Assembly (NCBI RefSeq): GCF_006345805.1
Contig: NC_043020.1
Coordinates: 6,324,001 to 6,388,000 of the forward strand
Reading direction: 5' to 3'
DNA: 64,000 nt
Source of the DNA: Octopus sinensis
Lineage: Eukaryota
In this document: piece after piece, positions 1 to 13,329 of the stretch
Layout: each line of letters begins with the position of its first letter
How positions within the stretch are numbered: position 1 is the stretch's first letter
Made by a program: the position numbers and the translations under genes
The notes under the pieces: model-generated
What the model was told of the DNA's origin: nothing
The model's input: the letters and a program-made list of their open reading frames with translations, nothing else
Databases searched by the model: none

Positions 1-381
1 CAGTGTCACATTGTCCAACGTCACTTCATCCACGTCTATTGGTCTTTTTTTGTCCAACAACTTTTGTCCAATTTTAAATAAACTCTTTAGAGAATAAGCT
101 GAATATCAAAATCAAAGAATCATTGAGAATTTTGTTGATAGGATTTGGACAAAAGAAATCGTCAGAAAGTCCTGGGGGGGTTGATTTGTTTGAATAAAAA
201 CATAAAAACTTTTCAAGGTGGTGCTCCAGCATGGCTGCACTCAACTGACTGAAATAAATAATAGAATACACACACACACACAATGACATACATCCACTGC
301 GACTCATATAATCCAATTGTTTCGGATTATAGCCTCTCCCACCTCTGACCTTGTGTCCACATCTAATCTGCATCAGGCATG

Positions 382-446
<65 letters not shown>

Positions 447-448
447 GT

Positions 449-735
449 ATGTGGAGGTGCAATGGCCCAGTGGTTAGGGCAGTGGACTCGCGGTTTCGAT
501 TCCCAGACCGGGCGTTGCGAGTGTTTATTGAGCGAAAACACCTAAAAGCTCCACGAAGCTCCGGCAGTGGGTGGTGATCCCTGCTGTACTCTTTCACCAC
601 TCTTTCTCTCACTCTTTCTTCTGTTGGCCTGCTCGCTTAGCCAGCGGGGTGGCATCATTCAAAGGCTAAAACAATGCAAACGCATTGTGACCAGCGATGT
701 GTAACAACATCTGATGGTCTGATCGGTCACATGAT
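449..735 (+). mobile_element. SINE family C (tRNA-like head ggcccagtggttagggc...ttcgattccc)
   Basis: A/B-box-like motifs; homologous copies at 9085, 29400 and 51590. Confidence 0.82.
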
Positions 736-756
736 ATATATATATATTTAATGTTC

Positions 757-1140
757 TTTAACTCTTTTCAGTCATTTGACTGTGGCCATGCTGGAGCATG
801 GGTTTTAGTTGAACAAATCAACCCCAGGACTTATTCTTTGTAAGCCTGGTACCCATTCTATCGGTCTCTTTTGCCAAATTGCTAATTTACAGGGACATAA
901 ACACACCAGCGTCAGTCGTCAAGCGATGCTAGAGGGACAAACACAGACCCAAAGATACACACAAATATATACATGCATATACGACAGGCTTCTTTTCAGT
1001 TTCCATCTACCAAATCCACTCACAAGGCTTTGGTCGGTCGGCCCGAGGCTATAGTAGACGACACTTGCCCAAGGTGCCATACAGTGGGACTGAACCCAGA
1101 ACCATGTGGTTCCGAGTATAGGCACCACACCTGTGCCTAT
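757..1140 (-). mobile_element. SINE family A (tRNA-like head, ccttgggcaagt core, central (TA)n)
   Basis: Reverse complement of the about 400-bp unit repeated more than 12 times in the window. Confidence 0.85.
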
Positions 1141-1704
1141 ACTCTCACACATGCCAAGAGGATTTGAAACCACGGTAAGCTAACAAACTGCTTCTCGTGT
1201 TTCTCTCTTTGTTTTTTGTTGTGATACTGTTGCCTCTTATTTTAAGGGTGAGCTGTGTACCCACCCTGATCTCACCCAATCTACAACTGACTAAATGGTT
1301 TGAGTGCCTTGCTTCCATTCCATGGCCACGCTGCAGCACTAACAACAAGATATGACCTATTGAAGTCACAGCTGGTCGTGTCATTTCTGCTTTTCTCTCT
1401 CTTTCCCTCTTAAGACAAGTTGATCATAGCAGGGAGATCTTTGAACCGTTTAGGACTGACACCCCACCTTCCAAAGTTGCTAAAAATTTACTACAACATT
1501 AAGGATGTGCACATTAGATAATGTAGTCTTAGATACACTATGCCTCAGTAAAACAGACAATGGTCACAGCTGGAACAATTTTCATCACAGGTCGGCTGGA
1601 TCCGAGATGACCTCGGACAAAACAAACTGGCTTGCTATTCTTCTTCTCTTTCACACTCACACAACACAGTATCTGAAAGTCCAGCAAACCTGTCTAAAAC
1701 TCTA

Positions 1705-1808
1705 CAGGGTGTCCACAAAGTCTGGCTACCCGGGGATTATTTCTTACATTTAATTGTTTATGTTATGATTTTATTTACTCCATGTACCCAGACTTTGTGG
1801 ACACCCTG
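1705..1808. mobile_element. Tc1/mariner-type MITE
   Basis: TIR cagggtgtccacaaagtctgg / ccagactttgtggacaccctg with TA on both sides. Confidence 0.85.
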
Positions 1809-1914
1809 TATAAATCTTTTGCTTCCTCTCTCTCTCTCTTATACACACATGCACGTGCGTGGGGTGTCTGGAAGCCCAGTGACCCTGGACACCCTGTATA
1901 AGACTTTTGCTTCT

Positions 1915-1974
<60 letters not shown>

Positions 1975-2423
1975 ACACACACACACACACACATGCACGC
2001 GCACACGAGTGTGGGGTGTCTGGAAGCCCAGTGACCCATCTGAAACTTTTTTTTAATTTTATTTTCATTTATTTTCAAATTAACCAGTTATGTCCAGATG
2101 TTGTCTTCCTTTCTTTGTTTTTTCTTTTTTTTCTGCATTTTCATATTTATTTTATTTATTTACCTTTTAAGCCTCATCTCTCTGATTTACCTTGAGATGA
2201 ACAGCAACTAATAATGATGATGATGGCTTTGGATTTGTACTTCTGGCAAGTTTTCAGCATATACATACTCTGTCTCACTCAAAGTTCATTATATCTATTA
2301 TACCAGTAATACACTCAGTCAACACAAAATAGAAATAAATGGATAAACCAAACATAAGTATGGTAATCCTGATCTCCTACTTAACACGGCAGGTGTGGTA
2401 GAACACACGATACTGCATTATTC

Positions 2424-2569
2424 TGCCGTTACGTTCTGAGTTCAAATTCCGCCGGGTTCGATAAATTAAGTACCAGTTACGCACTGGGGTCGAGGTAATC
2501 GACTTAATCCGTTTGTCTGTCCTTGTTTGTCTCCTCTGTGTTTAGCCCCTTGTGGGTAGTAAAGAAATA
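2424..2569 (+). mobile_element. SINE family B (B-box-like gttcaaattcc), 5'-truncated, with 15-bp TSD
   Basis: TSD gatactgcattattc at 2409-2423 and 2570-2584. Confidence 0.85.
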
Positions 2570-3569
2570 GATACTGCATTATTCACTGTATGTTAATAAC
2601 ACCTGTAAGCAGGTATCTTTTTCTATTCACCAAAGTGAATGGCACTTTGGCCAGGACGAACTGATATCCTCAGATGGTATCCAACGTTCATCAGGTGTTT
2701 CAACCCTGAACCATAACACCCACCTGGGGGTGGATCAGCAGAGGTTGGCTAAATCTCCTCCTGGCTTCAAGCTGAACCCTTTTGAAACCAACCCAGCTGA
2801 AACCACCGCTGGCTCTGTTGTACAAATGTCTTGTTTTCAAAAGTTCTGAATTAAAATCTTCCACCATCACAATTTGTTCCTAACACTACCTTAATGATAA
2901 CGAAGTTATTTTACTTGCTAGTATCGCCTTTTGGGGTTGATTAGATAAGTACCAGTTACGCACTGGGGTCGATGTAATCAACTTAATCCGTTTGTCTGTC
3001 CTTGTTTGTCCCCTCTGTGTTTAGCCTCTTGTGGGTAGTAAAGAAATAGGTATCCTGCCATGGAAACGAAAATAGACTATGGATCTTACTGTGGCCCCTA
3101 GCCTTGCCAGTTCCTGTTAAGTTGTCCAACCCATGCCAGCATGGAAAACGGGCATTTAATATTGATGACGATGATAAACACACACACAAATACAGACGCT
3201 GTGCACATGTACATACACTGCAATACACTCCCATAGTCAACACTTTCACCATTAATACACACACACGTACAGATGCTGTACACGGTAGAAATGCTTAGCA
3301 GCATTTGGTCCTTTATGTTCTGAGTTCAAATTCCATTGAGGTCAACTTTACCTTTCATCCTTTCAGGGTCGATAAAATAAGTAGCAGTTGAGCACTAGGT
3401 AATCAACTTAACCCCTTTCCTGAAATTGCTGAATTTGTGCCAAATTTTAAAATCCATATATACTGCCATACATTCACATACTGTCAAATGAGCATTCTTA
3501 TCTAATCTCCCCAAATCTGTAATCAACTCTTCTTTCTTGTTCTACCACTCCTTCCTTTAATGTCTATCA

Positions 3570-4290
3570 GGTTGAGTAAAAAGTTAGCAACGTTTTGAAC
3601 CATGAAGAATTTGTATCGGATTTTTGCAGACTGATCCATTTCTCAACTGTATCATAACTTGCAATGAAAAGTGGATTATCTGCAATATTAAAAAAATATT
3701 TTCCACAGTGGTTGGACCAAATTGAAGCACTGAAAACCTTCCCTAAACCCAAGCTCCTCAAAAAGAAGGTTATGGTGACTGTTTGGTGGTAACTGCTTAG
3801 AACCCGGAAAAACCATTACTGCAGAAACATTATCATGAAATTGCCAAAATGAACGAAAAACCGCTACTCCTCCGTCTCAGACTGGTCAACAGAAGAGGGT
3901 CAATCATTCTTCATGAGAATGCTTGACCATGTTTCATTAATGACACTCCAGAAGTTGAGGGAACTTGGGTGGGAAGTTCTTCCCCACCCAGCTTATTCCT
4001 TAGACCTTACTCCTACAGGCCTACCAATTTTTCAAGCACCTTGATGGTTTTCTTCAAGAGAAGGAGTTCAAAAATCAAACCGATGCTGAAAGTGCGATCA
4101 AAGAGTTCCTCAGCTCCAGACTTTTATGACATCGGAATGAACTAACTTGTAACTCGTTGGCAAAAATGTGTTGATTGTAATGGTATTTACTTTGAGGAAT
4201 AAAATTTCCGCATTGTTGAAATACATTGTGATGAATTTCATGTTTCAAAACATTGCTTACTTTTTACTGAGCCTGATACTTAACAAATAT
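3570..4290 (+). pseudogene. Decayed mariner transposase fragment
   Basis: KPKLLKKKVMVTVWW...LQKLRELGWEVLPHPAYSLDL with stops and frameshifts. Confidence 0.85.
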
Positions 4291-4374
4291 GAAGGACATG
4301 TTGTGGCATTGTGGATCTTCAACTCTTGGAGATTTCCAGTCTTTGAAATGTTTCAAAGTATTATTATCATCATA

Positions 4375-5835
4375 ACGTTTTGAGTTCAGATTCTGCCGAG
4401 GTCAACTTGGCTCCTCATCTTTACAGGGCTTCAACAAAATAAATAGAAATTAAACCCTAGTGTCAATGGAATCACTTTCCATCAAAATTACTGGTGTCAT
4501 GGCAGAGTCGTTAGCAGCATTTTGTCTTTTGCTATGTTCTGAATTCAAATTCTGCCAAGATCAATTTTACCTTTCATCCCTTTGGGGTCAATAAACTAAG
4601 TACCAGTAAAACACTGGGATCAACTATTCCCCTCCCCCAAATTTCAGCCCTTGTGCCTATAGCAGAAAGGATTATTATTAATTACCAATTATTATTATTA
4701 TTAATAATTTGCCCAGATTTGTGACTAGGAGGGTAACCTTCTAGGTGCAATCCCATGGTCAGTGTCGTGACCGAAGGGGGTCCCGATTATTAATTATTAA
4801 TATCATTATTATTATTCGGTAAGGCTGCAAGCTGGCAGAATCATTTGCATGCAGCACAAAATGCTTAGTGGCATTTCATCTGTCTACATTCCGTGTTCAA
4901 ATTCTGCCAGGTTCATCTTTGCCGTTCATACTTTTAGAGTCAATGAAATAAGGACCTCTTGAGTTCTGAGGTTCAATGGAATTGACTTGTCCAACCCCAA
5001 AATTTGAAACCTTTATTATTATTATTATTCATACCTTGTGCCTGTTGTAGAAAGACATTATTATTATTATTATTATTATTACTAAAACAACAAGCTGGCA
5101 GAATTGTTAGCACACTGGACGAAGTGCTTAGCGGTATTTCGCCTGTCACTTTGTTCTGAGTTCAAATTCCACCAAGGTCGATTTTACCTTTCATCATCCT
5201 TTTGGGTGGGTAAGTGTCTTCTGCTACAGCCCTGGGTTGATCAAAGCCTTGTGAGTGGATTTGGTATTACTTTGCCTTTCGTTCTTCTTGGTGGGGAGTG
5301 GAGCGATAAATTAAGTACCAGTTACATACTAGCGTCGATGTAATCAACTATCTCCCCCTCTCCCAAATTTCAGGCTTTGTACCTATTGTAGAAAAGATTA
5401 TTATTATTATTATCTAGGTATGGTGTGAGCTGGCAGAATCATTAGCACCCCAGACAAAATGCTTAACGGCATTTTGTCGCCTTAAACATTCTGAGTTCAA
5501 ATTCCACCTGGCTTGACTTTGCCTTTCATCTTTTTGGTGTTGAGGCAACCAAGAAGACTCCCGCCCTTTCACCAAAATGTCATACCTTGTGCCTGTAGTA
5601 GAGAGGGTTGTGTGGTCTAATGGTTTGGTATTAGCACTCACAGTCGCTAAATCATGGGGTTTGGTTCCCAGGCTGAGTGGCACACTTGTGCGCCTGTTCA
5701 GACAATCTCGATTTGATTGAGAGGAATGAGCTAATGTACAGCACATAACATTTGATCCCTATAAAGAAATCCCCTGTGCAGATTGTTCAGCAAAAGCTGC
5801 AACACTCATATGTTGTCTTCAAGGAGAAGAATCCA

Positions 5836-5869
<34 letters not shown>

Positions 5870-6100
5870 GGTGGCAAGCTGGCAGACTCGTTAGCACACT
5901 GGACGAAATGCTTAGCGGTATTTCACCCGTTGCTGCATTCTGAGTTCAAATTCCGCCAAGGTTGACTTTGCCTTCATGGTTGATAAATTAAGTCCCCACA
6001 TGAAACACTGGGGTCGATATAATTGACTTATCCCCCCACCAAAAAAAAAACTGCTGCCCTTGTGGCAAAATTTGAAACCATCATTATTAATTATTATTTT
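4375..6100 (+). mobile_element. Cluster of about 6 co-oriented SINE family B copies separated by (TTA)n
   Basis: Repeated gctggcagaa...ctgagttcaaattc...ttcatcc...aagtaccag units. Confidence 0.85.
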
Positions 6101-6495
6101 CATTGTAACTGATTAAAGATTCCCATTGTTGTAATTGCAAATGTGTCTCTCACCACCCACCCACCCATGCCCGTCCTGCCACCTTTTTTTAAATGTTACA
6201 TTGCAGACATATTTGTCTTTTTTTTTTTCTTTTTTCATTGTTTTTTTTTCTTTTTTTCATTGTTTTTTTTTTTGTTGCTTTGTCTCCTCCTCCACCTCCG
6301 CTTCCCCTTCCATCTTCATGTTTTGGTCTCCCATCCGATATTCCATGCCCCCACCCCTCGCTTTTTCCCTACCTAACCCTAACCCCCTCCCTTACTTCAC
6401 CAACTTTTCCTTGAATTAAAGAAAAAAAAAAACTCAAAAGAAACCTTGAATTAAAAGCAAATTGTTCTTTTCTTTTTCATTTTATGTACAAAGAT

Positions 6496-7275
6496 GCAAA
6501 TGTGGCTGTGTGGTAAGAAGCTTGCCTCCAAACCACATAGTTCTGGGTTCAGTCCCACTGCATGGCACCTTGGGTAAGTGTCTTCTGCTATAGCCCTGGG
6601 TTAATCAAGAGCCTTGTGAGTGGATTTGGTAGATGGAAACTGAAAGAAGCCCATCCCATATATATATATATATATATTATATTAAATTAGAGATAAAACC
6701 ACTATTAGGCAAATCATACAATGAAAAACTTAAGCCAATACATAAGATTAATTAATTTATATTATTTAAATATATATCAAAATTATATAAAAAAGATAAT
6801 CTTTTTTTAATAATTTTGATATATATTTAAAATAATATAAATTAATTAACCTTATGTATTGGCTTAAGTTTTTCATTGTATGATTTGCTTAATAGTGGTT
6901 TTATTTCTAATTTAATATAATATATATATAGTAAAATGAAATGAAGTATTGTCTTATTGAATAGACAAAATGTCGAAAATAAAATATTAAAGGACTAGTA
7001 TACTTTCTTGCATTAAAGCAGTCTTCAAGGTCCCAGGTTGTGACAGGAGTGTATTTATGTGTGTGTCTGCATTTGTGCCCTCATCACCATTTGACAACCG
7101 GTGTTGGTGTGTTTACATCTCTGAACCCGAGCGGTTCGGCTAAAGAGACCAATAGAATAAGCACCAGGCTTTAATAAGTAAGTCCTGAGGTCGATTTATT
7201 CAACTAAACCCTTCAAGGCAGTGCCCCAGCATGTCCACAGTCAAAAGTGACTGGAACAAGTAAAAGATGAAAGGT
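6496..7275 (+). mobile_element. SINE family A split in its central (TA)n by an AT-rich fold-back insert
   Basis: 5' half at 6496-6660, 3' half at about 7040-7275. Confidence 0.8.
6668..6930. repeat. AT-rich about 260-bp palindrome
   Basis: Arms about 125 bp, centred near 6797. Confidence 0.9.
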
Positions 7276-7439
7276 ATCATCATCATCATCATCATCATTT
7301 AGCCCTCCTAGCATTCAGTTTAGTCTAATCAAACGTAAGATTTATCCACATCGTTTTGAATTAATCCAGCATTATCTTGTAATCTTGAGATTTCAATTAT
7401 GTGGCTGTATATCTTTTAGACTAACATTGTAGGGTAGGT

Positions 7440-7870
7440 TTTGAACCACAGTCGAACCAATTCTACTATATGGCTCAGAAACCTGGACGTTATCAAAGAA
7501 ACTTGAGAGGCGGTTGGATGGAACCTACACTTGTTTCCTTATGAGAGCTCAAAATCTCTCGTGGAAGCGCCATCCAACCAAAATGCAAATATATGGGAAA
7601 CTACCACCTGTGTCATCTCTTGTGAAAGGTAGGAGAGTCCAGTTGGCTGGACATTGTTGTAGAGCTGAAAAAGAAGTAATTTCTACTCTCCTCCTCTGGA
7701 AGCCATCTACTCGCAATACCAGAGGGCGCACTCTCTCCTACCCTGATGTAATCTCCAGGGATACAGGCATCCAGCAGTAGGACCTCCGTAATGCCATGAT
7801 GGACAGTGAAGTCTGGCATAGCATGGTAAATTCCATTGTCTCGACCACGGTCGAACAATGATGATGATGA
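7440..7870 (+). mobile_element. 5'-truncated RTE-clade LINE (C-terminal ORF2 remnant plus (TGA)n tail), inserted in a piggyBac-type MITE
   Basis: Translation VEPILLYGSETWTLSKKLERRLDGTYT...RRVQLAGHC...LLLWKP is typical of RTE. 12-bp TSD tgtagggtaggt at 7428-7439 and 7871-7882. Confidence 0.88.
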
Positions 7871-8961
7871 TGTAGGGTAGGTGTGAGAGGTTGGATCTGG
7901 CCAGTTTAAAAGTTAAAAGGTCCACTTTCTATGCTGGCATGAGGAGGACAGTTTGACAGGGAACCAACAAGCTGTGTTAGTCTCTAGTGTCATCTTTGGT
8001 GTGGTTTCTATGACTGGATGCCAACCACTTTACAGAGTTAATTGGGCGCTTGTTTATTTTTGTGTGTGGCACCAGCACTAGTGAGGTTACCGTGTTACCT
8101 GCTAGATAGAAAAGAACAGAGAAAAAGGAAAGTAGGTGGGGAAAGCTCTCACTACAAGGAAGTCTTTGGGAGGAGAAAGCAAGAGAGATGTCATCATTAT
8201 CATCGTTTTGATATCGACATTTCTGTGCTTGCATGGGTCAGACGAAATTTATGTTGACAGATGCCTTTCTCATCACCGACCTTCACCCATATCCGAGTAA
8301 GGGATATTTCCCCATCGCTAGACATGCTTTTTTTTTTCTTCATAGAAGACTCAAAATGAACAACTTCACTTGTATAACGTTGATGCGCATTTACAATAAA
8401 CACACGATGTCAAGACAAGGACACACACACATAATAGGCTTCATTTAGTTTCCATCTACCAAATCCACACAAGGCTTTGAATAGCCTGGACTGAAAGTAG
8501 AAGACACCCAAGATGTGTGTGTGTATATATATATATATACACAATAATAATAAAGGGTAAAATTAATTAATTAATTAATTAATAATTTTACCAAGTAGTT
8601 TGGTATGTTAAAAGAACCATTATCAGTTATACTTTATACAAAAATTCTATAATTATAAGCATGATTATAATTAGGGTTCAGCAAAATTTGCTTCACCACA
8701 TACCAAAATTTAGATATAGCAGTTAAATACTATTCCACTACCATAAGATATCTCCCAAATTTTGCTGAAACCTAATTATAATTAAGCTTATAATTATAGA
8801 AATTTTGTGTATATATGTGTGTGTATATATATATATATACTGGAGTAAACACATAAATGTGAAACAAGGTGGAAAAAAGAGTACTCAAATACCAGTGGTA
8901 GAGTAATATGCTTTATTTAAAGCAGCAGAAAATTCAACAAAACCTGTTACTCTGTCAAAAA

Positions 8962-8999
8962 CTGTCCGACGAACAGCAACGTGAAACTCAGAGTAACAG
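8962..8999 (+). ncRNA. Minimal type I hammerhead-ribozyme-like motif in a Penelope-like remnant
   Basis: Stem I CUGU/ACAG, core CCGACGA, weak stem II, GAAA, stem III ACUC-A-GAGU, GUA triplet. Confidence 0.5.
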
Positions 9000-9033
9000 G
9001 TTTTGTTGAATTTTCTGCTGCTTTAAATAAAGA

Positions 9034-9082
<49 letters not shown>

Positions 9083-9084
9083 CA

Positions 9085-9384
9085 TCACCGTGACCGACTA
9101 GGCTGTCAGATGTTGCTACACATCGCTAGTCACAATGCGCTTCGAATTGTTTTAGCCTTCAAATGACGCCACCCCACTGGCTAAGCGGGCAGGCCAACAG
9201 AGGAAAGAGTGAAAGTTGTGGCGAAACAGTACAGCAGGGATCGCCACCACCCCCTGCCGGAGCCTCATGGAGCTATAGGTGTTTTCGCTCAATAAACACT
9301 CACAATGCTCGGTTTGGGAATCGAAACCGTGATCCTACGACCGCGAGTCCGCTGCCCTAACCACTGGGCCATTACGCCTCCACA
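9085..9384 (-). mobile_element. SINE family C
   Basis: Reverse complement of 449-735. Confidence 0.82.
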
Positions 9385-9914
9385 TATATGTATATTTGTT
9401 TCAGTCATTAGATTTAAGGGTTCTTTTAACCCATAATGCCTCTGCCTGTCCTCCACTCTGCTTTACAAGAGTGTACTAGTTGCATTTTATTGTGACACCA
9501 GCACAAGTTTGCTACTCTGCGCCCTGCATGACAAAAGGGCCCACAATATTTTGTCATCTGTTCATTCAGAGTAATGTGACAAACACTCTGGATAGAAGAA
9601 ACGGTAGCTGTAATTCTCGCCTTAATGGGCTTCGTCAAACAAATTGACCCCGGGCCTTATCTGCTTTCAAAACCTAGTACTTAGTCTACCAGTCGAGTGC
9701 GACAATATATGACAAGGCCTTTCCAGAGGCAATGTGGCCACAAGATTTACTGACCAGGAGGTTTACTTCCAACAGTTTCCATCGACCCAATTCCGCTCAC
9801 AAGGTTTAGGGCAACCCAAAGCCTAAAGACACTTGACCAAGATGCTATACAGTAGACAACACAAACCCAGAAGCTCATGATTACGAAGCGAAATTCTTAA
9901 CATTATGTCTGCAA

Positions 9915-10345
9915 ACTAGATTCCAAAATAGGTATAGTGGAAAACTTGATTCTCTTTGAATCTGTCCCACCATCTTACAAACAATAACTGAGCACCTTTT
10001 CAAACTCCACCTGTCTAACAACCGTGGACATATTTACAAAATCAGAAAACAGCACAGCTCCCATGATTTTAAGAAACATTTTTTCACGCTAAGAGTTGCT
10101 GAAGCATGGAACAAACTGCCAGGTTCAGTTGTTAGTTGTCGGAGCACTGCATCCTTCAAAACTTCCATGCTTCCTGAGATTAGCCAACTCTACACCTGAT
10201 TTTCTCTCCTCCATACACACACAAGCATGTATCTGACTCATACACTGTTCGCTTTCCAGACATTTGTACATTACTGCATATGCTTTAAACGCACTTTTGA
10301 CAAGTTGTGGTGCACCTGAGCACTGTATACAATGATTTCATTATT
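9915..10345 (+). mobile_element. CR1-like LINE 3' fragment
   Basis: Translation NRGHIYKIRKQHSSHDFKKHFFTLRVAEAWNKLPGSVV matches the CR1 ORF2 C-terminal RGH...FF..RV...WN.LP motif. Confidence 0.8.
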
Positions 10346-10944
10346 ACTATAAGATCACCCCTGGAACCGAAGTCAAAACCATCCATCCATCAAAATTTGA
10401 TATGTCCCAAACACCAGCTTATTAATTAATGACAAAGTTAATTTCCTAAATTATTCATTATTTTCAAAATTAATTAAAACAAAGATAATGTATTTCAATA
10501 GAAATTTGATAACAAAAGGGTTAATTATAAAATGTGAATTAAAATTTTATACATTGAATTCAAATTACGATGAACGTAAACAAACAAACGAAGTTTGCCT
10601 TAGAAGCGTTGAGATGTCTTAGAAAGTTAAAGAAGTGATTTTAAATTCTCAAACGTAGGATGATGCTAATAATATACCCTGAACAGGATAAGCTACCTCT
10701 ATTTATACATTAATGTGTTAATTATTGGTATTAGTTAATTCATAATGTTCTATTACAGCTGAACCAAATTACGAAGTTCATTAATATTTAATTAATTTCA
10801 TAACATGCATTTTGTGGACAATAGCAATTGCAGAGGTTTCTAGGTTTCCATTCCAAAGGAAATTTCTGCATCTCAGGATAAATAAATATTACAACACACA
10901 CAGAAGGGCTTCCACAGTTTCCATTCACCAAATATCTGTTTCTT

Positions 10945-11490
10945 TACTACCCACAAGGGGCTACACACAGAGGGGACAAACAAGGACAAACGGATTAAGT
11001 CGATTACATCGACCCCAGTGCGTAACTGGTACTTAATTTATCGACCCCGAAAGGATGAAAGGCAAAGTCGACCTCGGCGGAATTTGAACTCAGAATGCAA
11101 CGGCAGACGAAATACATATTTCTTTACTACCCACAAGGGGCTAAACATAGAGGGGACAAACAAGGACAGACATAGGTATTAAGTCGATTACACCGACCCC
11201 GAAAGGATGAAAGGCAAAGTCGACCTCGGCGGAATTTGAACCCACAACGTAACGGCAGACGAAATACCTATTTCTTTATTACCCACAAGGGGCTAAACAC
11301 AGAGGGGACAAACAAGGACAGACATAGGTAATAAGTCGATTACATCGACCCCAGTGCGTAACTGGTACTTAATTCATCGACCTCGAAAGGATGAAAGGCA
11401 AAGTCGACCTCGGCGGAATTTGAACTCGGAATGCAATGGCAGACGAAATACGGCTACGCATTTCGCCCGGCGTGCTAACGTTTCTGCCGT
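10945..11490 (-). mobile_element. Head-to-tail trimer of SINE family B
   Basis: Three units joined at gaaatac(c/a)tatttcttta, near 11110 and 11265. Confidence 0.88.
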
Positions 11491-12222
11491 CACTATTGAT
11501 CACCCTTAAGTTATTGATTTCATAGAGTACCTTGAGTCTATCACTAAACACAAACACCCGAGGGATTTGGTATTTTACGGGGAAGGAAATCTCGGACACT
11601 GGATAGCCGTGAAAACAGCTCAGAAGACGAAAAGCTGCTACACAGAATCGAAACCTGAGTTGTAATATTCTTTTATTCGTTGACTTGTTTCAGCTATATT
11701 TGACTGCGGCCAAATTGACCCCAGGACTTGTTTATTGCCAAAGTTCGTACTTAGTCTATCGTTTTCATTTTGCCGAACCGCTAAGTTACTTCGGTGTAAA
11801 CACAAGAACAGCGGTCGTCAAGCGAAAGGGGGGGGGGCACAAAAACACAGATCTCTTTTACTTGTTTCAGTCATTTGACTGCTGCCATGCTGGAGCACCG
11901 CCTTTAGTCGAGCAAATTGACCCCGGGACTTATTCTTTGTAGGCCCAGTACTTATTCTATCGGTCTCTTTTGCCAAACCGCTAAGTGACGGGGACATAAA
12001 CACACCAGCATCGGTTGTCAAGCAATGCTAGGGAGAGAAACACAGACACACAAACACATACATATATATACATATATATATAGTAAATAGGATGAAAGGC
12101 AAAGTCGCCCTCGGCAGAATTTGAACTCAGATTGTAGCAACAGGTGAAATACTGCTAAGCATTTTGTCCGGTGCACTAATGATTCTGCCAGCTCGTTGCC
12201 TTCAGCTACACCTGATAATAAC

Positions 12223-12630
12223 AGTGATAATTACTCCAGCATGGCAAGAGGGGGTGGGGGAGTTACTTGCAACAGGAGGAGGATTATCCAGAAGATTTAC
12301 AGCAACACATTTAGTTAATCTTGTCGAGGAACAGACCAAGGGTTCTTTCTCTGGAAACAGCAGAAGATGGATGCTGGTGATGGAATTCTACCTCCCTGCC
12401 ACATCTTTCACACATGAACCTGTTAGTCAAGTGGTTCATGTGTGAAAGATGTGGCAGGGAGGTAGAATTCCATCACCAGCATCCATCTTCTGCTGTTTCC
12501 AGAGAAAGAACCCTTGGTCTGTTCCTCGACAAGATTAACTAAATGTGTTGCTGTAAATCTTCTGGATAATCCTCCTCCTGTTGCAAGTAATTCCCCCACC
12601 CCCTCTTGCCATGCTGGAGTAATTATCACT
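12223..12630. repeat. 198-bp near-perfect inverted repeat with a 12-nt loop
   Basis: Arms 12223-12420 and 12433-12630; one mismatch seen. Confidence 0.95.
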
Positions 12631-12754
12631 TTCCATGTATTGGTGCCCTACTCAGCATCAGACTCCACTACTTCATCCTTCCTACGAAAGCAGTATCCGC
12701 AGAATCTCAGCCTTCATTCGTTTGTGGTGGAAGAAACGCTTGGGAGATTACCAT

Positions 12755-13165
12755 AGGCGCAGGAGTGGCTGTGTGGTAAGTAACTTGATAACCAACCACA
12801 TGGTTCCGGGTTCAGTCCCACTGCGTGGCATCTTGGGCAAGTGTCTTCAGCTATAGCCCCGGGCCGACCAATGCCTTGTGAGTGGATTTGGTAGACGGAA
12901 ACTGAAAGAAGCCTGTCGTATATATATATATATATATATATGTGTATGTGTGTGTGTGTTTGTGTCTGTGTTTGTCCCTCTAGCATTGCTTGACAACCGA
13001 TGCTGGTGTGTTTACGTCCCAGTCACTTAGTGGTTCGGCAAAAGAGACCGATAGAATAAGTACTGGGCTTACAAAGAATAAGTCCCGGGGTTGATTTGCT
13101 CGACTAAAGGCGGTGCTCCAGCATGGCCGCAGTCAAATGACTGAAACAAGTAAAAGAGTAAAGAG
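12755..13165 (+). mobile_element. SINE family A, full length
   Basis: aggcgcaggagtggctgtgtggtaag...gactgaaacaagtaaaagag. Confidence 0.9.
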
Positions 13166-13329
13166 TATAAAGAATCTGGAATTACCATTTGATGTTAAAT
13201 GCTTCCATCTATGTACGTCTGCATCTTTGAACTTCTTTCATTTAACGCCTCAAATGTAAGATCTCTTCCCTGAAGACGGAGGCTCATCACATCCGATGAT
13301 GGAGTCAATCAACAAACATTATTTTGGAC

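Noticed and set aside
449-520. tRNA genes at SINE heads
   Set aside because: A/B-box-like motifs run straight into SINE bodies; I could not fold a complete cloverleaf.
1175-1246. 72-nt GT-AG mini-intron-like segment on the plus strand, plus an open frame at about 1414-1753
   Set aside because: No recognisable flanking exon or protein similarity; could be chance.
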